The position numbers and the translations under genes are program-made. Below the pieces are notes generated by a model that saw nothing but the letters and a program-made list of their open reading frames with translations, was not told the origin of the DNA and did no database searches. Positions 13,480 to 26,520 of a stretch of DNA of 64,000 nt are shown piece after piece. Within the stretch, counting starts at the first letter, position 1, and each line of letters starts with the position of its first letter. Source of the stretch: Tubulanus polymorphus (Eukaryota > Animalia > Nemertea); the NCBI RefSeq assembly GCF_964204645.1, contig NC_134033.1, forward strand, positions 8,378,655 through 8,442,654, in the 5' to 3' direction.

Positions 13480-13670
13480 TGTTATCCAAACATCCAGAAA
13501 AAGCGAAAGTATATGAGAAGACGTTCTTGACTTATGTTGAAAAGGAAAGCGTTAGAAAGCTGACTCCAATACCAAGACAGAAACGATGATTCCTGCCACA
13601 TCACGCAGTCATACATCCTAAGAAGAAGAAGCTACGCGTGGTTACCGATGCGGCATCTAGGGAGAAAGAC
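13480..13670 (+). pseudogene. Decayed BEL/Pao reverse transcriptase fragment
   Basis: Translates KHPEKAKVYEKTFLTYVEKE.VRKL...*FLPHHAVIHPKKKKLRVVTDAASR, matching the BEL/Pao YLPHHAV...KLRVVFDA motif. Confidence 0.65.
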
Positions 13671-14379
13671 AATAGATAATTAGCAGGTTGGTAGCAAAGC
13701 AATTTGTAGCTAGGGATCTGAACGGTACCGTAGTAGTGTGATCTGTGTGTATTTTTGGCCAGCACACAAGTCAACGATCATTTTCAACGTCGAGGTAGAG
13801 GTAACAGGGGCAATTAGGTAGAGAATGGAACTGTGGACTAGACAACCCACCATAGCAACTTGTGTACAGAAGACTCCACCCTAGTCGGTAAACCGGCTGC
13901 ATCGGTGAAATTCCCTTACAAAATTTCCGATCCCCAGCGTAAAACGGCTAAAATTCCCCGATCTCTTGAGTCAGTATTCGGTAATTCAGTTAAAAATTGC
14001 GGTCCAAAATAGAACCGAGTTAGACGGAGTGTAATGTATTTTTGGAAAATAACAAGCGTCCGCCGTCGATGATAGAATATCGCAATTACTGATTTGGTTC
14101 ATATTAATAGCTGTAGGCGTCATAAGCAATGTGCTGTGCTGCTTGGATGCGAAAATTAGCCATTTAGATTTTTTTTTTCTTTATTCTGCCGAGTAGTGTT
14201 CTGAAGTGATGACCATAGAGTAATATCTTAATCGGCCATACAATTCATACGGGCTTTTTCTAGCAATGCAACGAATCTCATTTTGCAATGATTTATTCTC
14301 AATTTTGATAGCTCTAAATGACTGGTTAAAATTGCCTTATCTCCATTCGAACTTAGTTAGGTAATTTTTCTGAACAAGG

Positions 14380-14965
14380 TCTCTATTTCTTTGGAACAGG
14401 ACGTTTGAAGGAAATTCAGATTGATTTTAGGCAAACTTAGAAGTATACCAATGGCATGTGTGCCATGGAACAATTTCAATAACCGTCAATTATCATCTTC
14501 CAAATCAAAACATGATACAACCCATAGTGGCCCAATGTTTTTGACAACATCTGTCAAGTGCAAAAGCAGGTGCACGTTAGCTGACATATGACGTTCACCA
14601 TACAATACATTATACATACAAACAAACTGAATTAACAATGTAAAGTGATATTCTATTTTGGTTTTTAATATGTACAAGGCCAGGACAAGAAGCTTGTGAT
14701 GAATGAAGAATTCCTCATTCATGGGACCATTTAATGCAAGCACAGAATAATAGAACAACCGCGATCTACATTCTGATGCCTTCAAATATTTACTGTGTCC
14801 AGAAATTGTTCTCGGCACACGTGAAATGAAATTTGGTGGTCGTATAGAACATAACCTTTGATCAACAGTAACCAATAACTTTGACATGGAAAATGTTTCT
14901 TTACTGTATTTTCCAACAAACCACAAAGACAGTAGTTTCCGTGTCAACCGTAACAAAACTGCATG
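14380..14965 (-). pseudogene. CACTA/EnSpm-type transposase fragment
   Basis: HAVLL..TRKLLSLWF, R.PR.I....YLKASE.R..LFYYS, NVHLLLHL...V...GPLW..SCF..E..N..L.KLFHGT are motifs of animal EnSpm/CACTA transposases. Confidence 0.7.
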
Positions 14966-17900
14966 TTCACCAAAATGTGGTTGTAATACGTAATCGTAAA
15001 ATTGAAAGATTAATAGTTTTGGTATTACTAAAATTGATGCCCCAACATAAATTGGTTAATTAAATTTCATAGAAGTTCTTCTCATTTTAACTACAGCTAA
15101 ATTTTCATCAAATATTCTGTTACCCATGACTTTAGGATATGATTGAAAATGTCTAATTCTTTTTCCATTACTAACTAACTCAACATCATTTGTATCTCTT
15201 ATATTTTCACATGGCTTACCATAGAATGCATTATTCATTAAATTGAAAAAAAATCTTTTTCAAAATCAGTTTTAGCTTTAGTTCTCTGTTTGGTATTAAA
15301 ATCTATATATTTTTCTAACCATTTAGATTGACCGAATGAAATATATCTACATGTATGTACTTTTTTAGAATCATTCCTAGTTGCAAATAGAATTTTAACA
15401 TTCTAAATGTACTACATAATTATATTTATCTTCCTGAGTCACCATTAACTTTTATGAGTATGATTTTCAGGTTTAATTATTTCTTGATAATTTGATTATT
15501 CATTATGTTTTTACAGTTTTATGTTCTGGACAATATGCTAGATTTAAATTCAATTTTTTCAGGTTATTCTAAATCTACAACAAAGAAGTATCCACTATCT
15601 GAATTATCTGCAATCTAGAATTCTTTTCTTCCAATCACATTTATCAATTTGTAAAACTTCATTTATTTAAATACTCCATCAGGCTGAGGCTCCATCATTG
15701 CCCAACTATATAGATTATTTGCATCAATATACGATAACTTAAATCCAGGATTATCATTTACATTGAATTATCTATCACCTAATACACCTGAAACACCTCC
15801 TCTTATAGATTTTTCAAATAATAGTAATTGATCAATTTCTTTTCATAAATCCATTTTTATTCCTATAAATTTTAAACCGCAATCCAAAGTTAATCCTGGG
15901 CTAGAATAACAATGACATGGATCAATATTAAGATATTTTAGATTTACATCTCTAAATCTTTCAAATACATCAGATAATAATAATACATCTGATTTTAAAT
16001 ATAAATCTACTTATTCTCCATGATTTTTCATTTTAAAATGATTCCAAATACCTAGTATTCTTTCAAAAACATTATCTTTTACATCATCATTTTTTAATTC
16101 ATCATAGAATTGTTCTTTTAATAATTATGTCATTAGCCTATGGTTCGCTTTTGCTATCACTAGCTGATGACGTCATGCTTCCAATGCATTTGCCTATCGC
16201 AAACAATTTCAGTAAAACGGGTGGCACACTTTTTATCTAGATGATCCTGAGATCTGATTTTCTTAACGGAGGTGTCATATAGTATCTATTCACTTTATTT
16301 CTATTGATCTTACGCATTGTTTTACAGATACCGGTACCCCAAGAATGAATCACCACCTCGACTCATTGAAGCTGGGATTATAGATTTTTTCAAAAAACAC
16401 GTTTCAATCAATATTCTAAGACAAAACTTCTGATATGATAAGGCCTGGCTCCTATCCTGTCTTTTGATATGAATATTATTATCTGATAATAAATATGGTT
16501 ATTTAAACAAGAGTTGCCGTTTGATTTTGATCGCTCCTTTGAAGGTCTGAAAGGCAATGTGTGTATCGATTTTCCTCTTCCCATCTTGCCACCGGCCCTT
16601 GCAATAAGACCAGCGTCTAATCCATTTTAGACATGGGATATAACAAGTCTTTAACTGCCTATTAGTTAATGGTCAGGTGAGCTACAAGACCATTGGTCTT
16701 TTATTTTGAAATCATTATGCGATTTATAAAAAGAATACGGAATTGCACCTTTAAATCTCATTAATTGAAAATCATCATTGTTTGGAAAATATTCTTTTGA
16801 TATTTTTCATTCATCATCAACTAATGATTTTGATAAATTATCTTATGAACTACTTAAAAATCTATAAGAATCTATGAACCGTAAGCAGCCAAATTGGAAT
16901 GATATATAATTTTCCGATGTTTTGGCTAGCATTCTAAATTTTTAAGTTTGTATTTTGTTAACATCTTTTGATCCATTTGAATTTAGAGTTTCTATTTCAT
17001 TATTGATTTCTTCTATTTTATGGCATAGCTGTTTGATGAATAAATGTGCATCATACCCCGATAAGTATAAATTATGAAATATTACTGGAACAAAATCAAT
17101 TTTCTTAGCTTGCAAATTACAATTCTCATGTGTTGCGCCTCTTAATTTTCCATTCAAATGATCATTATCTATAACATTTTTATCGTTGAAATTAAATAGT
17201 TTTTCACAATATTAACAATTTTCTGCAATTAAAATCTTCTTTATCTTGTTCTGTCATTATAATTTCTAATATGTATTTAATAATTTATTGAATGTTACTT
17301 CATATTCAATTAATAAATCCCAATAATGATAAATAACATTTTCATCTCTATAGATATTCATTTTTAATTAATTCTAGATAATCAGATTTAATATATAATT
17401 CAAAAGCAGCTGCTCTTTGATGAATTTTTTTTATAGTATTTGTTTTTTGGGGTTCTGAATAATCAATTACATCAGAATTTAATTTCTTTCTTTTATACAT
17501 GTAATATATTTCTTTTCTATCTTGATCAGTTCATTCCTTATTCAATGACTCGAAATCTCCATATATGACAAATGACACTTTATTTTGGTTTTCATATTTT
17601 TTAAATTATAATATTTTATCTTTTTCATTTGGTAAAACTAATTTACAATACTCATGATTATCAAATAATTGTTTATGATTTAATAATGCACTTTTATTAC
17701 TGGATTTATGTAAACATTTTCTACATAAATATATTTTACTATTAAAATCAGAATCTGATTTGAAAAATAAATCAATTTGTTTTATCCGCATATAATGATT
17801 CTCATAATATAATATATCTATAACATCATTTGAATCATAATCTTTTGATAGTTTTAAAGGTTCTCATGTAAAATGTTTTATATTATTACCATTTGTTTTT

Positions 17901-18807
17901 GGTAATTCAATTAAATCGAACACATTTATTTTTAGATTATTATCTCTTTCTACTTTTGGAATGTTTCTAATTTAAACAGGATACCTATCTTTCTTATAAT
18001 TATTTTCTAATTGTTTATAATGAATTAATCTACAAATATTATCAGTTACAGGATGTAAACAACTAATAATTGACCATAAACAACATTTATTATCTCCATT
18101 TTGTATATTTACAACAGCATTAGTTTTAAGCGATTTGACATAACTGCATTTATATTATAATCTTTATAATATGATGAATTATTTTCACCTATTGGTTCCG
18201 ATTTACTTAATTTATTATATTTTGTATTATAAACAAGTCAAGCCATAAATATATTTTCATCAAATATTAAACCAGATCCTTCAAAATGTGTCTCTTCTAT
18301 TTCATTTTTACACCAGTATAACATTTATTTAATTTATCTTCTATATGTTGTTTTGAAATAATATGCTGTGAATGAGAATTTATATTATACATAGGTATAT
18401 CTTCAGATTTTATAAATCTAATTTTAGCAGATATACTAATGTTAGGATATTCTACATCTGTAATTATTTTACACTATATTAGTCATATTTTCTAAATGTT
18501 TTTTTATTTTCTTCTAATGTTTAACCTTTATTAAATTTAAATTCAATAGCTGCTGGACCAATATTTGATTTAAATGCTCCAGTAATTTCTATTTCTTATT
18601 TATTATGATTATTATGATTGATTACATGTATTAGATTTATATATTTCTTTTTCATTCTTTAATTCTTCTAATTTAGTTTCTAATATATCAGCTTTATATT
18701 CAAATTTTAATTTCTAAGTGAGAATTAGTATCATTATGTCTTGCTTTTTGAGATTTAACTATTTTAATTTTACATGTTGGAAAGTAGTACTTCTTATTTG
18801 CTTCCAT
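14966..18807 (-). pseudogene. Element C pPolB, heavily decayed and truncated before the YxDTDS motif
   Basis: Colinear remnants: KQIDLFF...YLCRKCL, GKLRGATHENCNL...FHNL.GYDAHLFIK, NAFYGK.CENIR, ending at LQPHFGE. Many stops and frameshifts. Confidence 0.85.
16128..16704 (+). mobile_element. Non-autonomous Helentron/HINE-like insertion in element C pPolB
   Basis: Interrupts pPolB homology (compare 42450-42480). Starts cattagcc and ends caggtgagctac-aagaccattggtctt (hairpin)-ttatt. Confidence 0.55.
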
Positions 18808-18829
18808 TATGATAACAAATGTTTTATTA

Positions 18830-19197
18830 AAATTGATTTTATTTTATTCTGAAATTTATATCATGGTGCCATTTTTCATTCTTACCTTTATGTATGAAAT
18901 AGAAATCACCAGAACATTATTCTTCAATATCTTCACTAGATAACCTATGAAATCTATCTGGTAAATACTTTCTGAATTTATATTTATTTCCTTATAATCC
19001 TTCATATTCTAAATGTATCACTAATTCATTACCATATCTATTAGTAATTGTTTCAATTCTTGTATTTAAATATTTCTTATGAATTGTTAACTCAGTTAAC
19101 TTTCTAAATTTATAATCTACAGATTTAGCATTGTAGTAACTTGAATACTATCTAAGAACGATTTGTAGTTCTCAATGTATACTTATTTATTCTCCAT
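18830..19197 (-). pseudogene. Element C homolog of the small KTKYG..VFLP protein
   Basis: KFRKLTEL...ITNRYG.ELVIHL...KYLPDRFHRLSSEDIEE, homologous to 19540-19752; contains stops. Confidence 0.55.
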
Positions 19198-19426
19198 TTA
19201 TTATATAAATCTTTTACTAAAATTGATTTCATTTATATGATATTCATTTATATGATATTCATATATATGGAAGTACGAGAGTAATTAGATAATATCTTTG
19301 ATTCTAGCTAGGAATGATTTGTTGTTCTCACTGTGTACTTGAGTAATAGGAAAAGTAGGCTTTCATACCAGAGTACGAGAGTACGAGACACCACTCATCA
19401 CCACAAGTAATTTTTTTTCCTCATAA

Positions 19427-19752
19427 ATGGGAGATAGAAAAGCATTCTTAGCAACAATAAATAACAGAATAAAACCAGCAAAAAACAATTTGAAATAAAA
19501 AAGTTAGTTGATGTTACAAAAGAAATTGAACATAAAATATTGAAATTAGAAAAGATAAAAACTAAATATGGAGAAAAAGTATCAGCGAATTTAAGCTACT
19601 GTAATGTTAGTACATCGCGAGAATTTAAAGTATTTTTACCTGATAAATGGGTTTCATTGAGTACAGAGGAATTAAAAGATTTAGAAGGATTTAAAATAAT
19701 CTATCATGGAAAAAATGAAGACGGTCATCATGATTTAGAAATTGTTGATTAA
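19427..19752 (+). CDS. Element A small terminal protein (KTKYG..VFLP; possible OB-fold ssDNA binder), split by a -1 frameshift
   Basis: ATG within the TIR TAAATG. Frame 0 stops after 23 codons; the -1 frame continues into ORF 19540-19752. Same arrangement in B. Confidence 0.55.
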
Positions 19753-19780
19753 ATAAAAAATAAAAATAATGAATATCTAA

Positions 19781-20660
19781 AAATGACCTTAGTCGTTTTA
19801 CGAACAACTACAATCATACCAGGCAAACATCTGTTACATGTTATTATAAGAGAGTGCTTCATTTGAATATTGATCGATCAAACAGGTGGTTGCAATTCAA
19901 CGTTGTTGTTATATTGGATAGCTAGCAGTTATATAATAAGCACGCAATACATACAACACACACAGGACAGGATACATTCTCTCTCTCGTGATTAAAAGGA
20001 ATATTTCAGTGTTTTTAAGGTAAGTTTTTAGCAAAACCACCCGACTTGACTCGCAGAGTTTTTAGGGGATAAGCATCCCGTTATTGAGAGGCGCCACGAG
20101 ATACCTATCCCCAAGCATTTCTACTTACACCCCTGTGACCCACACCTCACCAATTCTCCTTCAATGGTTGACAGGAAACACATTATATTAAAGGCGCCTA
20201 ATGCATTTCCTATCAACCCCTTACCCCCGAAAGGAGGATCGAAAGTCGAAACTGAAGGAGAACCACGGAGGGTGGACAAAGGTGCATTTTCGAAATGCCC
20301 CTGCAAGCCAAGCCCGGCGGCACTCCAGTGGTGGAATGAATTGCCTTATATACTTAGCTAAAACACCGAAGTAAATGTTACTGGTGTTTACTAAAGAAAT
20401 ATGTGAAATTTGAAATTATAAATTATTCCGAATGAAAAGAATATAGGAATGAAAACTGATAAATGAATTATGGATTTTTAACTTAATTATGATATAATTT
20501 TCAATCAAATTAGTAATCAATTACCATGTTAATTGATTAACAAATTCAAATATTCATTTTAGCATCACACCCAGTGCTGCCATCTTTCAATTTAAGAAAA
20601 AACTAATAATAAGAAACGACTGTAATACAATATTCAAGTAAAAACTTCAAATTAAAAAAA
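19781..20660. other. About 0.9-kb unclassified insertion in element A, absent from B
   Basis: B is contiguous at the matching site (59625-59665). The insert is flanked by duplicated aataaaaataatgaatatcta, has an A-rich 3' end and a GC-richer core at 20000-20370. Confidence 0.65.
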
Positions 20661-20810
20661 AAAACAAAATAAATTAATAAAAATAATGAATATCTAGAAT
20701 CCGAAATGACTTATCTGGACAATTTAATTGCTCCGCGTAGATAGACAAAAGTAGTGCGATATTCAATTAATTAGAAAAAATTATTTTTTTTGCTTTTTTT
20801 CTAAAATATT

Positions 20811-21162
20811 AATCCATTTTTTTTATTGTCAATTTTGGAATTTCAGAAGTATTTTCATTTTTAATAGCAGTTGTTTCAGAATTATAAATATCATGAATTT
20901 TATTTGATTTCTAATACTAATTACACCCAATCAAAATGAATACAATTACAAATCCAACCGTAAAATATAGACATTTATCAAATATTCTATCATTAGAAGG
21001 AGTAGAAATAACAATATTTTCACTATTTTTATTAACAACTTTATTACTTATTTTTTCATTTACAGCTTTTTTATATTCTTGTGATTTAATTCCTAATTGC
21101 CGAGACCATTCAATTTGTTTCTGTGATCTCGGTTTTTTCTTCACTTCTTCCACCTTGTTCAT
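20811..21162 (-). pseudogene. Element A membrane-anchor protein with a premature stop
   Basis: Homolog of B 59148-59513; TGG>TAG at 20917-20919. Confidence 0.7.
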
Positions 21163-21700
21163 TTATTATAGAAATATTTTTACTTTCAATATTTGAAAAT
21201 GTTATAACTCCAGTTGATAATAATGTCATAAATCCACCTAATTGAAATGATAAATATCCAATCCATTTATCTAATTCGGTCATAACTAAATAATCATCTT
21301 TTAAATCAGCATATAATCTATTTTCATCTTGAATTGGCAGCATATAATTACATAATTTACTATAACCTTTTACTACATTTTCTGATATCGCGTCATTAAT
21401 TCTAGCTGTTCTCGCGGTTTCATAAATCTTAAATATTCTAATAATTTCATCTGATTTCATTGTATCTAATTCATTATAAGTTAAATTTTTACCGATAAAA
21501 TTTTTACATTTTCCAGATGCTATTGATATTTCTAATTGATGTTTACAACAAAGATAATATTCATAATTATTATTTGTTGTAACATTATTTAAAGCACCAT
21601 CATCTGGAGTTAATTTTGTTTCTGTTATTCCTAAATCATCTAAAGTTTTTTCAATTGGAACATCACCATTTTTAGATTTTATTCTCTTTTCACCTCCCAT
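21110..21700 (-). CDS. Element A conserved hypothetical protein
   Basis: Intact 196-aa ORF with TAAATG start; homolog of B 58610-59215. Confidence 0.75.
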   Translation of the reverse strand: MGGEKRIKSKNGDVPIEKTLDDLGITETKLTPDDGALNNVTTNNNYEYYLCCKHQLEISIASGKCKNFIGKNLTYNELDTMKSDEIIRIFKIYETARTARINDAISENVVKGYSKLCNYMLPIQDENRLYADLKDDYLVMTELDKWIGYLSFQLGGFMTLLSTGVITFSNIESKNISIINEQGGRSEEKTEITETN

Positions 21701-21719
21701 TTATATAACAAAAAAATTA

Positions 21720-22005
21720 GTTGTGATGTTGCAACTAGAATTTAACTAGAATGTAACTAGAATTCAACTAGATTAACAAGCTAGTTGAAATATTGTTGTT
21801 TTTATTTATTTCTTGTAAAATCTAGTTGATTTTTGTTCCAACTACCAATAACTAGAATTCAACTAGAATGTAATTAAAAATATACTAGATTAACAAGCTA
21901 GTTAAAATATTGCTGAATTTTATTTTATTTTTGTTTCAAATACTAATAACTAGAATTCAACTAGAATGTAACTAAATATGTAATAGACTAACAACCCTGT
22001 TGAAT
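21720..22005. repeat. Element A CTAG-rich tandem array
   Basis: Repeats of aactagaattc/aactagaatgt 11-mers nested in larger units; counterpart of 58230-58590. Confidence 0.85.
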
Positions 22006-22614
22006 TTAAATAAATTCATATTTAAATGGGTGTTGTAATCTAAATAGTAATTTTGATCTTTTATTATTTTTCAATTTATCCATATATTCATTATGTAAAT
22101 CATGTGGAATAATATCATTTTCCTCAAGTGCATTTTTCATCGATTTTCTATCATTATTGAAGAATAAAACTAGAAATCTAATGTTTTCTCTAAAGTCTTT
22201 AACAATTGAATTATATTTTTGATTTAAAACCCAAGTTGTTATCCCAAAATGTCTACAAGAAAAAGCTAAATAACATAACTCACTCTCTCTAATTTTTGAA
22301 TCATGTAAATTTGCGCAATCATCTATAATGAATAATGTATTTGATCCTTTATAAATATCTATTGCTATTTTAGTACAATTATCTAAATTTTCTTTTACTG
22401 TTTTAGGATCTAATATAACAAATTTATTATTTCTAGTAATATTTCTATCATAAGTTTGATTAAATTTATATGTTGGACAAAATAATACTATATTATCAAA
22501 ATAGTTTTTATAAACAGTTTCTAATAAATTTAATATAAAATAAGTTTTTCCACAATTTGTTACGCCAGAAATTAACATATTATGAGGCTCAAATATAAAT
22601 AATTCCTTATTCAT
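22006..22614 (-). CDS. Element A A32-like DNA packaging ATPase
   Basis: Walker A GVTNCGKT, Walker B LFIIDD, RH and Q motifs (SCRHFGIT.WVLNQ); intact 202 aa. Confidence 0.9.
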   Translation of the reverse strand: MNKELFIFEPHNMLISGVTNCGKTYFILNLLETVYKNYFDNIVLFCPTYKFNQTYDRNITRNNKFVILDPKTVKENLDNCTKIAIDIYKGSNTLFIIDDCANLHDSKIRESELCYLAFSCRHFGITTWVLNQKYNSIVKDFRENIRFLVLFFNNDRKSMKNALEENDIIPHDLHNEYMDKLKNNKRSKLLFRLQHPFKYEFI

Positions 22615-23741
22615 TTATATACTTTTAATTTTACTTGATAATATCCATTCATTGAATTTATCTGGGCATCCAACCCATTTTACTAAAGAATATTTTTTTC
22701 TTTTAATAGTTTTTGTTTTTAATACTTTTTCAATTTTATATTCTTGTTCTAGATTTTCAGTAGTTAAACTTAATTCTTCTTCGTAAAAGTAGCCATCAAC
22801 TTCTTCACCATCTAAATCTTCTAATTTATAGACATATGGTTTTGTTGTTATTACCTTTTTTATTTTATATATTTCTCTAGTAAAATTTCGATCGTATCCC
22901 TTGTCAAATATCTTATTATACTTAGAAATTCTAACATTTTGACCAACTTTAAATTTAGGTTCACCAAAATCACCTACAAGAAATGCTCCATATAAATTAT
23001 TCCAAACAATTTCAGCATTTTCAGGTTTTCTAGCATCAATAGGTTTCATTCCAATAGAAGAATGATAAGAATTATTATAACTTTCTATCAATTTTTGTAA
23101 AACATCAATCCATTTAAAAGTATTATTTGCTGTAAAATATTTCCACATTCTTGTTCTTAATGTTCTATTAAATCGTTCAACAACTGCTGCTTTTTTATCC
23201 GATTTAGTTGAAAAATATTTAATATCATGATTGTCTAAGTGTTCATGAACAAGTGAATTATCAAATTCTTTTCCATCATCAAATTGTATTTTTTCTGGTT
23301 TTAGTTTATCATCCGAAAGAAATTTTCTTAAAACATTTGATGTTTGTACAGCATCTTTTCTATAAAGTGGGAAGCTCCATACATAACGACTAAAAATATC
23401 AATTATATTCAATATCCACCAATAATCATCATTATCTTTCTTAACATTTTTCATATCAATCAAATCTCCTTGCCACTGTTGATCTACATAACTTACCATA
23501 ATTTTACGAGTTTTATATTTTCTAACAATTTTTTTATGTGTTGTGTATGTTGGTTGTTCTAACATAAATTCATTTATATCTTTATATTTAACTAAATTTT
23601 GTGGGATTATCTTATCTAATTTATCTTGTTTGACTTGGCGCCATATATTTTTGGTAGAAGAATAAGCAACCGAACTCTCAGGGTTGTAATATAAATTTCT
23701 TAAATATTGTTCTTTAGTATTAGGAGTTTTTTACCGCCCAT
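22615..23741 (-). CDS. Element A rve (DDE) integrase with C-terminal chromodomain
   Basis: WQGDL, IDIFSRY.W, QFDDGKEF, VERFNRT and KYSLVKWVG..DKFNEWI. One base is missing from a homopolymer near the ATG (23741) relative to B. Confidence 0.92.
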
Positions 23742-23771
23742 TTATATATCCTTAATTTTAACTTTATATTT

Positions 23772-25032
23772 CTAATATTGAATACTATCTAATTGTGAAT
23801 TTACAAGATTTAATTGTGCGTCAGATATAATATAAATGTGCATTTTAAAATTTAAGCTTCCTTTTTCTTTTTCATGAATAATTGTATTCCATCTTTAGTG
23901 TTCTGTAGTTTTTTCCCAGAACCATGTAATGAATTATCTTCTGTTGTTCTAAAATCTAACCATAATGCATATTTATAACCGGCATAATAATCAATTTGAT
24001 TAATATTACAATTTTCAGATGATTTTACTTTTTCATTCATAAAATGTTTTCTAATTTCTGGCCATTGATCTATCATTCTCATATCTTGACAAAATATTTT
24101 ATTTGCTATTCCTTCGATAGTTATTTCTACTTTTGCTATTTCAGGATTTTAATAATTATCTACCTTTATTGCGCCATTAGAATATGTTGCAATGATAAAA
24201 AATATTAATATACCTTTAATAGATCTTCTTGGGAAGTTAATATTCTCATTAATTATTTCATCATTTGCATTAATAGTTACAGTTATTTTAGTTTCAGTAA
24301 ATTCATCAATATAATCATATAATAATGAAAATCCTTGATTGTATTGAGTTTGAATTGTGTAAGCAATATTTTCATTAGTTACTGTGTCATATTCTAAACA
24401 TATATTCGATAATTTATAACCCATATCTTTAGCAACGCTAGATAATACAATTTCATTTTTGCAGGAGCAAATGTTATCTCAAATATAATATCTTCTTGAA
24501 TTACATATTTATATAAAGGTGCATTATTATTTATCAATTCAAAGTCTAATGGAATTTTATATTTGCTTCCATAAATCTTTTTAATCAAATTATCTACATC
24601 ATTAGCTACTACTGCGTTATTGGCTTCAGATCTTAATTTATTTTGGTTTTCTGATTGGATGCCTTGAAATATCATATTATTTCTATTTTCTTTAGTTAAC
24701 CATAAATCTTTATAATGCATCAATAAATTATAATCATCTAATGAGAAAACTGTTTCTGGACCAATCTTTATAGTTAATTTTTTGATCAAATATCTTCCAA
24801 CATTATCAACAACATAATTATTATTATTACCGGTTACTTTTATATCAGCTGATAAATAAATACTATTTGGAACATAAAAAGTATTTTTTGTTAATCGAGG
24901 AATTCTAACATATAAAGTTTCATCAGGATTAATATTAGAAGGGTTATGAGTAATTATATGATGTGATCTATCTGCTTTAATAGCATTAGATATTCTAGAA
25001 TTCTTAGAAAGACTTATATAACTCCCACTCAT
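23772..25032 (-). pseudogene. Element A major capsid protein (double jelly-roll), frameshifted
   Basis: THNPSNINPDETLYVRIP.L...VP.S..L, NVGR.LIKKL and YALWLDFRT.ED..LHGSG motifs typical of group-2 Polinton MCPs. Split across ORFs 24394-25032, 24149-24424 and 23852-24082. Confidence 0.8.
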
Positions 25033-25052
25033 TTATTTAACAAAAAAATTAA

Positions 25053-26504
25053 TTATTTATTTTTTAATGTTTTCTTGATATTTTTTGATATCATATTCAC
25101 TAACCCAAAAATAATTGCACTTACAACTGTAATTAAAAATAAAATAATATGTTCGGCAGCAAAGTTAATAATGTTTCCTGCAGATTTCAATATAAAACCA
25201 ACAATTGATGCAATAACTCCGGGTAAAGCTGCAGCAGATTTTTTAGATAGTTCCCATAAATATTTTGCTAACTTCTTTAAACCATCTTTAACTTTATCTT
25301 GTATAGAATTATTATCATTCGGGGGTTTATCCGGTTTATTGGGAGTGGGAGTAGATTTCAAAGAATTTGATATTGCTAAACCAATTGTTGTAAATAACAT
25401 AGTTACAGCTGTTAGAATTGAAAGAATTGTTATTCCTTCTAATTTAAATAATAATTTTATTCTATCTTTCAATGATATTTCAGAATTTGGTTTTATCAAC
25501 AAATTTTTAAAAATAATTTATTTTTAAAATTTAATCATATGATTTTAATAATGATTTAATTTCTTCTTTTTGTAATTCTAAATTATCTTTTAAATTATTA
25601 ATTTCTTTTTCTAAACGTAATTCTTTTTGCCTATATTCCATTTCAACAATTACTTGACTATCAAGATCAGACTTTAGTTGTTCTATTTCTTTATTTTTAT
25701 CAGTTAATTCTTTTTCTAAAGTTCTAATTTTAATATCTCTTATACTTTTATTATGTGCAATTTTATCAGCTTCATTTCTTATACTAATAATTTCTCTAAT
25801 TGCTTCATCAGAAAATATATTTAAATCTTCCAATTCTTGATTTGTTGCATCAAGTAACCCATTTTGTAAAAGTTTTTCAGTTTGAACTTCGGTTGATTTA
25901 GGTTTACTAGTTTTGGAAGTTTTATTCTGTTCAGAAGTTGTTTCTGGTTCTAAATTTTCATTAATTATCTTCAAAAAATCATCATTTCTTCGTTTAAATT
26001 CTATTTTATTTAGAGTTATCTCTTGTTCTGTAACATCAGTTATAACATCATTAATTTTTAATTTTTTTTCTTAATTCTAGATTGTTCTAATTTAATTAAA
26101 GTTGATGTTGTTATTATTTTATCGAGACTTTTATTAGAAGAAATCTTAAAATAATAGTCGCCTTTCAATTTCCAATAATAATCACCATTAAAATATTTCA
26201 AATCTTTTACTAAATAATTCATACCTTTATTTGTTATATTGAAACCAGATCTTTTTAACATTGGTTTAAATTCATGAATAATTTCATTATATTTGTATTC
26301 TTTTTCTGTTATTTCTGGTACTTCATTTTCAATACTTATCTTTGAACGTGTTTTATCAATATATGCAGGTGTATTTAAATTAGAAATACGTCCTGGCTCA
26401 TTACCGTCATTAAAACTTGTTTCACCAAAATCAGGTGGTTGTTCATCACTTATACCAGGTTCATCTAAAGGATCCAACTGAATATCTACTCCACCTTCTG
26501 CCAT
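25053..26504 (-). pseudogene. Element A coiled-coil protein with hydrophobic/amphipathic C-terminus
   Basis: Three consecutive ORF pieces homologous to B 53794-55223 (LKDRIKLLF.LEGITI...KSAAALPG.IASIV). Confidence 0.7.
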
Positions 26505-26520
26505 TTATATAATTAAAAAA

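Noticed and set aside
20240-20300. Hammerhead ribozyme (ctgaagg...cgaaa)
   Set aside because: The core does not match CUGANGA and I could not place the three required stems.
21720-22005. CRISPR-like array (also considered for 58230-58590 and 11333-11870)
   Set aside because: No unique spacers between constant repeats, no cas genes, and a eukaryotic context. These are simple tandem repeats.
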